Of a stretch of 64,000 nt of DNA, positions 47,466-57,040 are shown piece by piece. The position numbers and the translations under genes are program-made. Origin of the DNA: Patescibacteria group bacterium (lineage in GTDB: Bacteria; Patescibacteriota; Patescibacteriia; SG8-24; DYFX01); the NCBI GenBank assembly GCA_041659045.1, contig JBAZZB010000001.1:326111-390110 (forward strand). Direction: 5' to 3'. Below the pieces are notes generated by a model. That model worked only from the letters and a program-made list of their open reading frames with translations. It ran no database searches and had not been told where the DNA came from. The stretch's first letter is position 1. Each line of letters begins with the position of its first letter.

Positions 47466-47945
47466 TCAGCTGTGGCAGGCTCCTTGTCCCCTCTTTTGGA
47501 GGTATTTTTGGTGATATTCTTCAGCCTTCCAGAACTCCTTGGCGGGCATGATTTCCGTCACGATGGGCTTTGACCATTTTCCAGAAGCTTCCAAGGCCGC
47601 CTTGGAGCGTTCAGCCGATTCCTTTTGCGACGCATCATGATAAAAAATAGTGGATCGGTACTGCGTACCGACGTCCGGGCCCTGACGATTCAAGGTTGTT
47701 GGGTTGTGATTCTCCCAAAAGACTTGAAGAAGCTTCTCATACGGAACCCGCTCAGGGTCGTATGTTATCTGCACGACCTCGGCATGACCGCTTTTATCGC
47801 TACAAACGTCTTCATACGTGGGATTCGGTTTTAAGCCTCCCATGTAGCCCGCTGATGTCTCCGTCACCCCTTCGAGCAGACGGTAGACCTCTTCAACTCC
47901 CCAAAAACAGCCGGCTCCAAAGGTTGCGGTTGCAAGTTGTGACAT
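47466..47945 (-). CDS. msrA: Peptide methionine sulfoxide reductase MsrA
   Basis: MSQLATATFGAGCFWG (GCFWG active site) start; 159 aa. The longer listed ORF N-extension is an artefact. Confidence 0.85.
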   Translation of the reverse strand: MSQLATATFGAGCFWGVEEVYRLLEGVTETSAGYMGGLKPNPTYEDVCSDKSGHAEVVQITYDPERVPYEKLLQVFWENHNPTTLNRQGPDVGTQYRSTIFYHDASQKESAERSKAALEASGKWSKPIVTEIMPAKEFWKAEEYHQKYLQKRGQGACHS

Positions 47946-47988
47946 ATGAGGCCATGATACCAAACGGGACAAAATCCAGGAGGTTCCC

Positions 47989-48657
47989 ATGCACATTCTC
48001 GACTTCAGGCCGGAGGAAATCGCAGCCGCGCTCGCCGGCGAGGAAAAGGCAAAAAAAAGCCTCGACGGGAAGCTCGATCGGATCGCCACGCGGATAGGCA
48101 GCCTGACCAAGAAGCTGGCCGAACTCAAGAAGGAAGCCACCGCTTCAGAGCGTCGTATCGAGCACCTGAACGTCGCGCGCGCACTGCACGTTCCGATTCC
48201 GGAAGAGGTCTGGAACATGCGCGTCGCGCTCGGAGAGATGCGCGTCAAGGCACGAGAAACCGACTCCAAGAGCGAATCAGCGTCTCTTGGCGCGGAGATC
48301 TCGCGTCTCGAGAAGGCTCTTCTCGCGAAGTGTTCGCATTCGTTCGTGATCAATGCGGCGGGTTACCAAGCCTATCAGAGCAACGCCGATGAGGATCGGT
48401 CGGAGCCGGGCGAGCGCTTCTGTGCCATCTGCAACCATCACGAGCGCGAGTACGCGACGTGGTCTGGCGGTGAGGGCGGCTACAAGCAGCTCGTCGAAGC
48501 CGAACACCGCGTGTGGGGCGTAGGACACCGCGAGAAAATCGGGGATCTCCGCAAAGAGTTCCTCGGTAACCACGACCTGAGACAGCTCATCATGCATTTC
48601 ACGCCGCAGCGCGTGCTCGAACTCCTCCAGAACTTCCGCACTCCGCCGACGAAGTAA
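47989..48657 (+). CDS. Hypothetical coiled-coil and Cys-containing protein
   Basis: GGAGG ribosome-binding site. 222 aa with an N-terminal coiled coil and CAICNHHEREY. No family recognised. Confidence 0.45.
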   Translation: MHILDFRPEEIAAALAGEEKAKKSLDGKLDRIATRIGSLTKKLAELKKEATASERRIEHLNVARALHVPIPEEVWNMRVALGEMRVKARETDSKSESASLGAEISRLEKALLAKCSHSFVINAAGYQAYQSNADEDRSEPGERFCAICNHHEREYATWSGGEGGYKQLVEAEHRVWGVGHREKIGDLRKEFLGNHDLRQLIMHFTPQRVLELLQNFRTPPTK

Positions 48658-48672
48658 TCGTCGGTTTTTTGT
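48646..48672 (+). terminator. Intrinsic terminator
   Basis: ccgacgaagtaatcgtcgg (the stem includes the stop codon) followed by ttttttgttg. Confidence 0.55.
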
Positions 48673-48708
48673 TGCTTTTGGCTCGAAAACTGCGTACGCT
48701 GCTTCCGT

Positions 48709-50478
48709 ATGCGCACCCTCCTCGAACTCTCAGACCTTCGTAAGACGCATGGACGCTCCGTTATTCTCGACGGAGTGGATTTAACCGTGGCCGAAGGGCA
48801 GAAGATTGCGTTGATCGGCCGCAACGGCGCTGGTAAATCAACCCTCATTCGGATCCTGCTTGGCGAAGAAGAGGCCGATGCGGGCGAAGTGCGTATTTTT
48901 CCTTCATTACGCCTCGGTGCGGTTTCTCAACACGAGACGATTCCAGAAGGCGTGACGGGTTTTGAATACCTCGCCAAAAAAACGGGTCGAGAAACGTGGG
49001 CATGCGCTAAAATGGGCGCGCAGTTCGGTTTGCATCGCGCGCACCTCGACGCGCCAGCTTCGACACTCTCGGGCGGTTACCAAATGCGCTTGAAGCTCAC
49101 GGCCATGCTTCTTGCGGATCCAAATTTGCTTGTCCTCGACGAACCGGTCAACTATCTCGATCTTCCAACTCTGTTGTTGCTTGAGCGTTTTTTGAAAACG
49201 TATCGCGGAGCGTTTATCGTCACGTCACACGATCGCGCTTTTTTGAATGCCGTTGCAGATCGCACGGCGGAAATTGAGCGCGGAAAACTGACGTCGTCGC
49301 CGGAAGCGGTCAATACCTATCTCGTCCGAAAGGCCGAGGCGCGCGCCTTCGTGTTGCGTACCAATAAAAAAATCCAGAAGGAACGCGCGCACATTCAGGA
49401 ATTTATCGATCGCTTCCGTTTCAAAGCGAGCAAAGCCAAGCAGGCACAGTCGCGCATCAAGAAGCTTTCAAAGATGGCGAACATCGACGTTGAGAGTCTG
49501 CTGCCGACGGCGCGTATCGCAATCCCCTCGCCTCTTGTCACGCACGGCCCGGCGCTGCACGTGCAGGACCTTGCGATCGGCTACGACGGCCGCGTTGTAG
49601 CTTCTGACATCGTTTTTGATCTCCAGCGTGGCGAGCACGTCGCGATTTTGGGAGGTAACGGCATGGGTAAGTCGACGCTCCTTAAAACGATCTCCGGTTT
49701 CTTGCCGTCCATAAGTGGCGTCGCGAAATGGTGGCACAAAGCGGAAATCGGCTACTACGCTCAGCATACCGAAGCGGCGCTGAAGCCTGAGGACACGGTC
49801 ATGGAACATCTTGCGCGCTCAGCTCCACCGTCAACGCGCCAGGAGGATCTGCTCAAGATGGCGGGCGATTTTCTGTTTCGAGAAGATGATCTCGAAAAAC
49901 GCGTCTCGGTACTTTCCGGCGGAGAACGCGCGCGCTTGTGTTTGGCGGGCCTGCTGCTTTCGCCGCACAACGTCCTTCTTCTCGACGAACCGACGAACCA
50001 CTTAGACGCTGAGACGTCGGAATCGCTCGCGCGTGCGCTCCAGAAATATCCCGGCACGATCGTTTTCGTGAGCCACAGCCAATCGTTCATCAAAGCGCTC
50101 GCCACGCGCATTTTTGAAGCGCGCGAAGGTAAGGTGCGGCAGTATCCAGGCACCTATGATGAATATCTGGCCGACCTCGGTGCCGCGATGGAAGAAGACG
50201 TGCACGGCGCGGAAAACGAATCGGAGCCGACGACCACGGCCGAAGTCGAAGCTCGTCGTCACGCCCAGACGGTTTTGAAAGAGAAGCGCCGCCGCCAGCA
50301 AAAAATCGAAGAACGCATGAAAGTTCTTGATCGCGAAAAAAGCGAGATTCTCGCCTACTATTTTGAAAACCCAACGGATTACGCGCCTGAAAAACACACG
50401 CGCTTGCAGGAGCTCGATGAAGAACTTACGCGGCTGGAAAAGGAGTGGTACGCGCTTCTCGCCGAAACCGGTTCCTAG
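48709..50478 (+). CDS. ABC-F family ATPase (tandem ABC domains, no TMD)
   Basis: Two Walker A motifs (GRNGAGKST and GGNGMGKST), two LSGG signatures, a linker and a C-terminal coiled coil. Confidence 0.85.
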   Translation: MRTLLELSDLRKTHGRSVILDGVDLTVAEGQKIALIGRNGAGKSTLIRILLGEEEADAGEVRIFPSLRLGAVSQHETIPEGVTGFEYLAKKTGRETWACAKMGAQFGLHRAHLDAPASTLSGGYQMRLKLTAMLLADPNLLVLDEPVNYLDLPTLLLLERFLKTYRGAFIVTSHDRAFLNAVADRTAEIERGKLTSSPEAVNTYLVRKAEARAFVLRTNKKIQKERAHIQEFIDRFRFKASKAKQAQSRIKKLSKMANIDVESLLPTARIAIPSPLVTHGPALHVQDLAIGYDGRVVASDIVFDLQRGEHVAILGGNGMGKSTLLKTISGFLPSISGVAKWWHKAEIGYYAQHTEAALKPEDTVMEHLARSAPPSTRQEDLLKMAGDFLFREDDLEKRVSVLSGGERARLCLAGLLLSPHNVLLLDEPTNHLDAETSESLARALQKYPGTIVFVSHSQSFIKALATRIFEAREGKVRQYPGTYDEYLADLGAAMEEDVHGAENESEPTTTAEVEARRHAQTVLKEKRRRQQKIEERMKVLDREKSEILAYYFENPTDYAPEKHTRLQELDEELTRLEKEWYALLAETGS

Positions 50479-51740
50479 CGAATCGCCTCACTCCACTTTT
50501 TAACGACTTCCTCGAAGGCCGTTTTCTCCTCTGGCTTGATCGGGTCAGTACCCGGAAACGTTTCCTTCATCGGATTGATCTTCGTTCCGTTTTTGACCAT
50601 CTCATAGTGCAGGTGAGGTCCGGTCGAAAAACCCGTCGAACCGACGTAGCCGATCACCTGGCCCTGCGTCACCTTCTGACCGCGCTTCACGGCAATCTTC
50701 GATTGGTGCGCGTAGTTCGTAGTGTAGGTGCCGTTGTGGCGAATCGACACTTTGTTGCCGTAAGGACCATCCCAGCCAGCAAAAGCAACGACGCCGTCGG
50801 CCGTGGCGCGAATTGGCGTGCCTTTTGAAGCCGCGTAATCGATAGCGCGGTGGCCCGTCGAGGTATTAAAAGCGCTCACGTAGCGTCGACCGGTCGTGAA
50901 ACCGGACGTGATGTATTTGAAGGCGACAGGAGCCTTCAAGAACATTTTGCGCTGCGAGTTTCCTTTTTCATCGTAATACCCGCCTTCGCCCGCGGCGTTC
51001 TCAAACCAGAAGGCGCGATACGGTTCGCCGCCATTCACGTACTCTGCCGCGAAGACGCGACCAGGCATGACGTAGGCACCATCGCGATAACGTTCTTCAT
51101 AGACAACTGTGAACGTGTCGCCGACGCGCACGTCTTGCGCAAAGTCGATCGTCCACTGGAACACGTCGCCAAGTTCGATAACGGCGCGTTCATCCATCCC
51201 CTGCTCGAGCCCGGCCGCGTAGAGCGAAGACGAAACGGTACCTTTTACCGTTTTCAGTTTGATGTCGTACGTAATCGCTTCAAGCGCCGCTGTCCAGCCG
51301 TCTGCGCCTTTACGCACGTGCAACTCTTCTTCACTGCTTGGCGCGTACATCAGCTCCTTGAATGCTCCGGTTTGCGGATCGAACGCCAGCTCGAGACGCT
51401 TGCCAGCGCGAATCGTGGCCAGGTCATACAGTTCTTTGGCGGCTTCGTAGATCGCTGTCGCGTCTGTAGCGGAGATGCCATGTTCTTCCATCAAAATCCC
51501 ATACGTTGCCTTCGGGGCGATCTCTACCGTCTCGACGCGATCTTTTGGGGATTCCGGCGGCGCAATCGTTTCTTCTTCCACCACGCGCTCCTGGCTCCCT
51601 ACGGCTTTATGCGAAGAAGGAAGCAAAAGAAAAACGCCGCCTACCAGCATCACGATTCCAGCCACGAGCGTGAGCATCTTGCCTTTCATAAGGACGAGTG
51701 TAACGCAGAAGCAAAAGGCACGGAAGGCGAGCCTTGACAT
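50475..51740 (-). CDS. M23 family metallopeptidase (LytM-like) with an N-terminal TM segment
   Basis: HRAIDYAA...GSTGFSTGPHLHYEM zinc-site motifs; 421 aa. Confidence 0.8.
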   Translation of the reverse strand: MSRLAFRAFCFCVTLVLMKGKMLTLVAGIVMLVGGVFLLLPSSHKAVGSQERVVEEETIAPPESPKDRVETVEIAPKATYGILMEEHGISATDATAIYEAAKELYDLATIRAGKRLELAFDPQTGAFKELMYAPSSEEELHVRKGADGWTAALEAITYDIKLKTVKGTVSSSLYAAGLEQGMDERAVIELGDVFQWTIDFAQDVRVGDTFTVVYEERYRDGAYVMPGRVFAAEYVNGGEPYRAFWFENAAGEGGYYDEKGNSQRKMFLKAPVAFKYITSGFTTGRRYVSAFNTSTGHRAIDYAASKGTPIRATADGVVAFAGWDGPYGNKVSIRHNGTYTTNYAHQSKIAVKRGQKVTQGQVIGYVGSTGFSTGPHLHYEMVKNGTKINPMKETFPGTDPIKPEEKTAFEEVVKKWSEAIR

Positions 51741-51806
51741 TTTCGCTTATTTCTGCTTAAATTGCTTCTTGCTCATTCCGACAACCCGCCACGAAAAGAG
51801 GACTCA

Positions 51807-52484
51807 ATGCCCCGCACGCGCACCGCTGTCCTGATCCACGGCTTCCACCTGCAGTCCGCCATGACCTCCAACGGTCGCGTCTACGACTGGCGCGATCTCG
51901 CGATCGGTCGGATCGAAGACGGTCACCTGAACGGACGCGCCACCTATGGCGTCGGCCTGGCCTTCAAGGAGTGCGCCGACACGATCATCTTCTCCACCGG
52001 CGCGAGCGAGCGCGATGGGCTCAAGGAGGCCCAGTACACGCACCGAGAGATCGTGCGTGAGTCCGAGCGCATCTCGCGGGCACTCGGCGTCACGTCCGAC
52101 CACTTCCAGGAGTGGCTCCTGACGCGCGTTCGGCTCGACATCGAGTCCCAGACCACGGCGGAGGAGCTCCGGCGGAACCTCACCTGGTGCGCCGAGCACG
52201 ATCACCACCGCGTGTTCCTGATCACGAGCCGCTTCCACGCGCCGCGCGCACTGGCCAACGCTCACGCTGTGAGTGCGCGGCTCGGGCTCCACAAGCTCCA
52301 GCTCTTCGCCTCGGCGCCCGACGATCCGTCGCCCGCGCCCGTGATCTTCGAACCGCCGACGCGCCCGGATCGCCCGAGCCACGACTGGCACGGTACGCTC
52401 CCCGGGATCTTCTCGATTCCGGACGCGCACCAGGCGGCGGCGCTCGCCGAGATCCAGGCGGTCATCGCCAAGTACAAGCTCTGA
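51807..52484 (+). CDS. DUF218/YdcF-SanA-like protein
   Basis: AAGAGGA ribosome-binding site before MPRTRTAVLIHGFH; IIFSTGAS and LITSRFHAPRA; GC3-rich. Confidence 0.6.
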   Translation: MPRTRTAVLIHGFHLQSAMTSNGRVYDWRDLAIGRIEDGHLNGRATYGVGLAFKECADTIIFSTGASERDGLKEAQYTHREIVRESERISRALGVTSDHFQEWLLTRVRLDIESQTTAEELRRNLTWCAEHDHHRVFLITSRFHAPRALANAHAVSARLGLHKLQLFASAPDDPSPAPVIFEPPTRPDRPSHDWHGTLPGIFSIPDAHQAAALAEIQAVIAKYKL

Positions 52485-52492
52485 ACGCACAA

Positions 52493-52522
52493 GCCCCGCA
52501 TCCTTGGATGCAGGGCTTTTCA
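52493..52522. terminator. Bidirectional terminator between convergent genes
   Basis: agccccgcatccttggatgcagggct followed by tttt. Confidence 0.5.
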
Positions 52523-52526
52523 TTTA

Positions 52527-53993
52527 CTAGAGCGCGGCGAGATCGATGCGTTCGCTGATGCGGATTTGCGAAACGAAGTCGGGAATGTGGCTCACCATGA
52601 TCATGGCGCCCTCGTATGAATCGAGAGCCTTGGCGATCACGGGAAGATGGCGGAAGTTGATGTGGTTGGTGGGTTCGTCGAGGATCAAGAGGCCTGGGCG
52701 CATGAGCATGAGCCGAGCAAAGGCCAAGAGACCTTTCTGTCCTTCGGAGAGCTGCCCAATCTTCGTTGCAAGGGCCTTGCCGTCGAGCAGGAAGCCCGCG
52801 GCGGCCGAACGCAGATCGTGTTCACTCTTCTCGACCATCGCGTCGTAGAGGCTGTCGTAGCCCGTCTGGCTGAAGTCGAGTGTCGAGAAGTCCTGGCGGT
52901 AGTAGCCGACCACGACTTCCGGCGCGACCTTCACGCCTTCGGCGGTTCCGGAGGCGATCTTTTCGAGCAAGGTCGTCTTACCGATGCCGTTCGGACCGGA
53001 CAAGAGCAAGTGCGATCCGCGCCGCAGATCAAGGTCGAGATTCTTCAATACAGGTTCGCCGTGTTTGACGATGCCAACCTGCGTGATCCCGACGATCTTG
53101 CCACTGAACTCTCGTTCGAACTTTTGGCACGGGATCGTAAAGTCGCGGATCGTGCGGTCTTCCTGACGCACTTCGACCATACTCTCTTCCGCTTCTTCGG
53201 CGGCTTCGCGCATGCGCTTGGCGACCGAGCGAAGTTTTCCGCCTTTGTGCGCGAAAACTTCCGCTTGCTCGCGCTTCTTCCTGATTTCGGCTTCGGCACG
53301 GGCGTTCTGCTGGCGTTCGCGTTCGACACGCTGGTTGATTTCTTCTACTACGTTGTAGTAGTTGCCTTCGTACTGCTCAACTTTGTGCGTGTGCACGTCG
53401 AGATATAGGACGCCGTCGGTGAAGGCATTCAAGAACTCTGCGTCGTGGGAAATGACGATGACGGTTTTGTCGTACGTCATGAGGAAACCCGTCAGGTGGT
53501 CGATGCCGGCCTGGTCGAGGTTGTTGGTCGGCTCGTCGAGAAGAAGAATGTCCGGGTTCTGGATGAGCGCGTAGGCCAATAGAAGACGCGCTTGCTGGCC
53601 TCCGGAGTGCGCGCGGACTTTCTTCGTGATGTCCGTCGTGAAGTTTACGGCTTCAAAAACATCGGCGATGCGCTTGTCGAGGTTGTACGGCACTTCAGCG
53701 AACGTTGAGGCGAACAAGTCGCGTACCGTGAGGTCGAGCTGTTCTTGCGTGAAGACTTGCTTGCCGATGCCGACGGTCGCGTCTTTTGGGGTCAGGAACA
53801 TGCCGCCGGAACGGTGCTTGTTTTCGCCGAGGATCAGCTTGAAGAGCGACGTCTTGCCAGCGCCGTTCTGTCCCATGAGAGCGATCTTCGAGCCGTTACG
53901 AACCGAAAAAGAAGCCTCATCAAGGATGAGCTTGTGGTCACCATATTCGAAGGTGACATCGCTAAAACGGAGGACGACAGCGTCGTTGGCCAT
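52527..53993 (-). CDS. ABC-F family ATPase, second paralog
   Basis: Walker A motifs in LMGQNGAGKT and SGPNGIGKT; LSGG and LSEGQ signatures. Start chosen at MANDAVVLRF. Confidence 0.85.
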   Translation of the reverse strand: MANDAVVLRFSDVTFEYGDHKLILDEASFSVRNGSKIALMGQNGAGKTSLFKLILGENKHRSGGMFLTPKDATVGIGKQVFTQEQLDLTVRDLFASTFAEVPYNLDKRIADVFEAVNFTTDITKKVRAHSGGQQARLLLAYALIQNPDILLLDEPTNNLDQAGIDHLTGFLMTYDKTVIVISHDAEFLNAFTDGVLYLDVHTHKVEQYEGNYYNVVEEINQRVERERQQNARAEAEIRKKREQAEVFAHKGGKLRSVAKRMREAAEEAEESMVEVRQEDRTIRDFTIPCQKFEREFSGKIVGITQVGIVKHGEPVLKNLDLDLRRGSHLLLSGPNGIGKTTLLEKIASGTAEGVKVAPEVVVGYYRQDFSTLDFSQTGYDSLYDAMVEKSEHDLRSAAAGFLLDGKALATKIGQLSEGQKGLLAFARLMLMRPGLLILDEPTNHINFRHLPVIAKALDSYEGAMIMVSHIPDFVSQIRISERIDLAAL

Positions 53994-54085
53994 ATCGGCA
54001 GGAACAGTACTCTCTTTTGCGAGTTTCGGCAAGCCCCGTAGAGCGCGTTGCGCCACGGGGCAAGTCCGGCTACCATGACGGACAT

Positions 54086-54589
54086 ATGCAAGTCCCGAAG
54101 CGCAAACCCGGCAAATACGCCCCTGGCCCCGCCGACTATCATCTGACGCCGGAAGCCATGCAAGCCCTGAAAGACGAGATGGAGCGCATCGTGACGAAGA
54201 TCCAGCCAAAAGCCGTAGAGGAGCTGCGCCGCACCCGCGAGATGGGCGACCTCTCCGAAAACTTCGCGTACTCCGCCGCCAAGGCGAAAGTAGGCGGTTT
54301 AGAGATGCGCGTGCTGGAAATTAAAGAACGCCTGAGGAACGCGATTCCGATTCGACGCGGAGCGGCCGCGGACGGAAGCGTGCGCATCGGTGCGTCCGTG
54401 GAGGTTGAAGTGAACGGCAAAACGAAAGTCTACGACGTCGTCGGTTCGCAAGAGACAAACCCAGGCAGCGGCGCGATCTCCTACCTCTCACCTCTCGGCG
54501 AAGCGCTCATGGGCCACAAAGCCGGCGAGATCGTCAAAATCTCCGCGGGCGGAAAAGAAGTGATCTACAAAATTCTGGGCGTACGCTAA
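54086..54589 (+). CDS. GreA/GreB-family transcription elongation factor, second paralog
   Basis: MQVPKRKPG...LTPEAMQALKDEMERI coiled coil with DLSENFAYSAAKA, and a C-terminal FKBP-like domain. Confidence 0.75.
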   Translation: MQVPKRKPGKYAPGPADYHLTPEAMQALKDEMERIVTKIQPKAVEELRRTREMGDLSENFAYSAAKAKVGGLEMRVLEIKERLRNAIPIRRGAAADGSVRIGASVEVEVNGKTKVYDVVGSQETNPGSGAISYLSPLGEALMGHKAGEIVKISAGGKEVIYKILGVR

Positions 54590-54594
54590 GTCCG

Positions 54595-55779
54595 TCAGTG
54601 AACGTGCGCGTGTCCTTGGTGGTCCGTGGTTTCATCCGGACCCGTTTTTCCGAATATCGCCGCAGCCAAGGCGGTCGTAATCGGCACCGCCAAGATCAAA
54701 CAAACGCTGCCGACAAGCGTACGCACAATCTCCTCAGAAATAACTTCGTTGTTGAGCAGGAACCAGACCGGCTGGTCTCGATAAACCGTGAAGAGCATGA
54801 AGAGAGGCAGCGATGCGCCGGCATACGCAAGAAACAGAGTGTTGACGAGAGAAGCAATGTGCTCGCGACCAACCGAGAGCCCGCGCTTATAGAGCTCCTT
54901 GAACGGTAGGCTCGGGTTCGCGCGTTTGAGTTCATCGACGACGGCCGATTGTGCCGTCGTGATGTCATCGAGGACACCAAGAACGCCGAGCATGATGCCG
55001 CCAAGCAGGAGTCCACGCAGATCGATCGCGCCAAAGTCTCCATTTTGAAGATAGAGCGCGTGCTCGTCGCCCATGCCGTTCATGCGGGCGATCGATACGG
55101 CGAAAGCGGCGGCGAGAGCAGAAAGCGCCAGCGTGATGATCGTGCCGACGAAGGCGACGGACGTGCGTTTGTTGAAACCGTGCGCGAGGTAGAGCGAAAC
55201 CGCCGCGATTCCGAACGTGCCGATCAAGGTCGCGGTAAACGGATTACCGCCCCCGAGAATTCTCGGAACGATATAGCCGAGAATGATGAAGACGCTCGCG
55301 CCTAAACCGAGTATCGACGTGAAGCCTCGCCAGCCACCGAAGGCAACGGCGAGCACGAAGAAGCCGAGCGTCATCCAAAACAAGGTCGGCAAGCGATAGT
55401 TGTCGGCCATGTACCAGCGCTCGCTCCCATCGAGCTGCGCGCTTTTCACAACGACGACTCTGTCCCCCACGTTGATCGAGCGCTGATTTCCGTTTGCGTT
55501 GAAGACACTTCCTTCGATTCGAACTTCATCGCCTTTCTCTGGACCGCTCTCGAGTCGAACCCGGTAATCGGTCACGCGATCGGTTTCGCCGAGCGAATCT
55601 TGTTGCGTTCCTTTTTCTTCGACGGAAAGCACCTTAGCTCGCAGGTATTCGTCTTGCGGCAATGAGGCGGGCTCTTGTTGCGCGAACGCAAAGCTTGGAA
55701 TCGTTAGAAAAACCAAAGCTCCCAAGAGTGCGGTGGTTGTTCGGAAACGCAGCATCATATGACTCAGTATACCTGACAT
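54595..55779 (-). CDS. YibE/F-family polytopic membrane protein
   Basis: A signal/TM segment, a soluble N-domain, then about 7 TM helices and a His-rich C-terminus. Confidence 0.55.
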   Translation of the reverse strand: MSGILSHMMLRFRTTTALLGALVFLTIPSFAFAQQEPASLPQDEYLRAKVLSVEEKGTQQDSLGETDRVTDYRVRLESGPEKGDEVRIEGSVFNANGNQRSINVGDRVVVVKSAQLDGSERWYMADNYRLPTLFWMTLGFFVLAVAFGGWRGFTSILGLGASVFIILGYIVPRILGGGNPFTATLIGTFGIAAVSLYLAHGFNKRTSVAFVGTIITLALSALAAAFAVSIARMNGMGDEHALYLQNGDFGAIDLRGLLLGGIMLGVLGVLDDITTAQSAVVDELKRANPSLPFKELYKRGLSVGREHIASLVNTLFLAYAGASLPLFMLFTVYRDQPVWFLLNNEVISEEIVRTLVGSVCLILAVPITTALAAAIFGKTGPDETTDHQGHAHVH

Positions 55780-57018
55780 CTATGCCTCCGTACCCGCGCT
55801 CTCGCCAGCTGCTCGACCGGCCGCCCAAGAAGCTTGGAGATTGAAGCCGCCGGTAAAGCCGTCGATGTCGAGAATCTCTCCCGCAAAAAACAGTCCGGGG
55901 GAGATTTTTGATTCCATCGTGCGCGGGTCGACGTCTGCCAGGTCGACGCCACCCGCCGTCACAAATTCATCGCCCGCACCTCGCCCGATAATGTTGAGTG
56001 GGATCGCTTTGAGCCACGTGATGATGCGTCGTGTGTCTTTTTTCGAAACTTCGGCCGCTTTCGTGTGTTCATCAAGACCCAACTCGCGACAGAGCACTTC
56101 CGCAAGCGACTTCGACATCAGGAAATCAAGAATCGTACCGAGCAGTTTTTTCGAATGGGTGTGGAAAAGCGTTTCGAGTTTCCCTAGCAGTTCCTCCTCG
56201 GAAAGATCCGGGAAGATATCGATGAGGAGCGGCATCGGATGCGCGGCGTCGTATGTTTCAAACGCAACAAGGCTGGAGAGCGCGAAAACAGCGGGACCGC
56301 TCACGCCGCGGTGCGTGAACAGGAATGGCCCGGTGAACTCGTAGCCTTTCTCAAAGCGCGCGCGTAACCGCCCTTTTTCGAACGACAAGCCCGACACTTC
56401 CTTCGGCCACGTCTCGCGCGCAAAAAACGAATTCAAACTTGGTGCCAGCGGCGTAACTTTGTGGCCGAGTGCCTCGGCAAAAGCGTAACCGTCGCCCGTC
56501 GAACCGGTGTGACGAAAGGCTTGGCCTCCTGTCGTTAAAATAACGCGATCAACATCCAACGCTTCGCTATCTTTAAAAGAAATTCGATACCCACTCCCCT
56601 GCCGTTCAATCTTAATCGCATGGCGATTCAACCAGACGCGCACGTTGGAATCTTCAAAAAGACGCTCAAAGGCGCCAACGATGTCGTGACCATCGTTAGA
56701 CTGTGGAAACGCGCGCAGGTCCTCTTCGATTTTGAGCGGCACGCCGTGCCCCTCGAACCACTCGTAAACCGCTTCAGGCGGAAAGCGACGCATGACGGAG
56801 TTCAAAAACTTCCCGCCGCGCGGATACTTCGAAAGCACGATACGGATGTCGCGGAGCCCCGTCGTGACGTTGCAGCGTCCGCCGCCCGAGATGATGACTT
56901 TTTTTCCCAGGCCGTTGTTTTTCTCAATCAAGAAAACTTCGACGTTTGGATTCTGTTCACGGATCGTGGCGGCGGCCATGAGCCCAGCCGCGCCAGCTCC
57001 GATAATGGCGACTTTCAT
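55780..57018 (-). CDS. HI0933-like (BaiN/aminoacetone oxidase family) flavoprotein
   Basis: MKVAIIGAGAAGLMAA Rossmann GxGxxG motif and ISGGGRCNVT. Confidence 0.8.
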   Translation of the reverse strand: MKVAIIGAGAAGLMAAATIREQNPNVEVFLIEKNNGLGKKVIISGGGRCNVTTGLRDIRIVLSKYPRGGKFLNSVMRRFPPEAVYEWFEGHGVPLKIEEDLRAFPQSNDGHDIVGAFERLFEDSNVRVWLNRHAIKIERQGSGYRISFKDSEALDVDRVILTTGGQAFRHTGSTGDGYAFAEALGHKVTPLAPSLNSFFARETWPKEVSGLSFEKGRLRARFEKGYEFTGPFLFTHRGVSGPAVFALSSLVAFETYDAAHPMPLLIDIFPDLSEEELLGKLETLFHTHSKKLLGTILDFLMSKSLAEVLCRELGLDEHTKAAEVSKKDTRRIITWLKAIPLNIIGRGAGDEFVTAGGVDLADVDPRTMESKISPGLFFAGEILDIDGFTGGFNLQASWAAGRAAGESAGTEA

Positions 57019-57040
57019 GCCTTTAGCCTAGCACAACTCG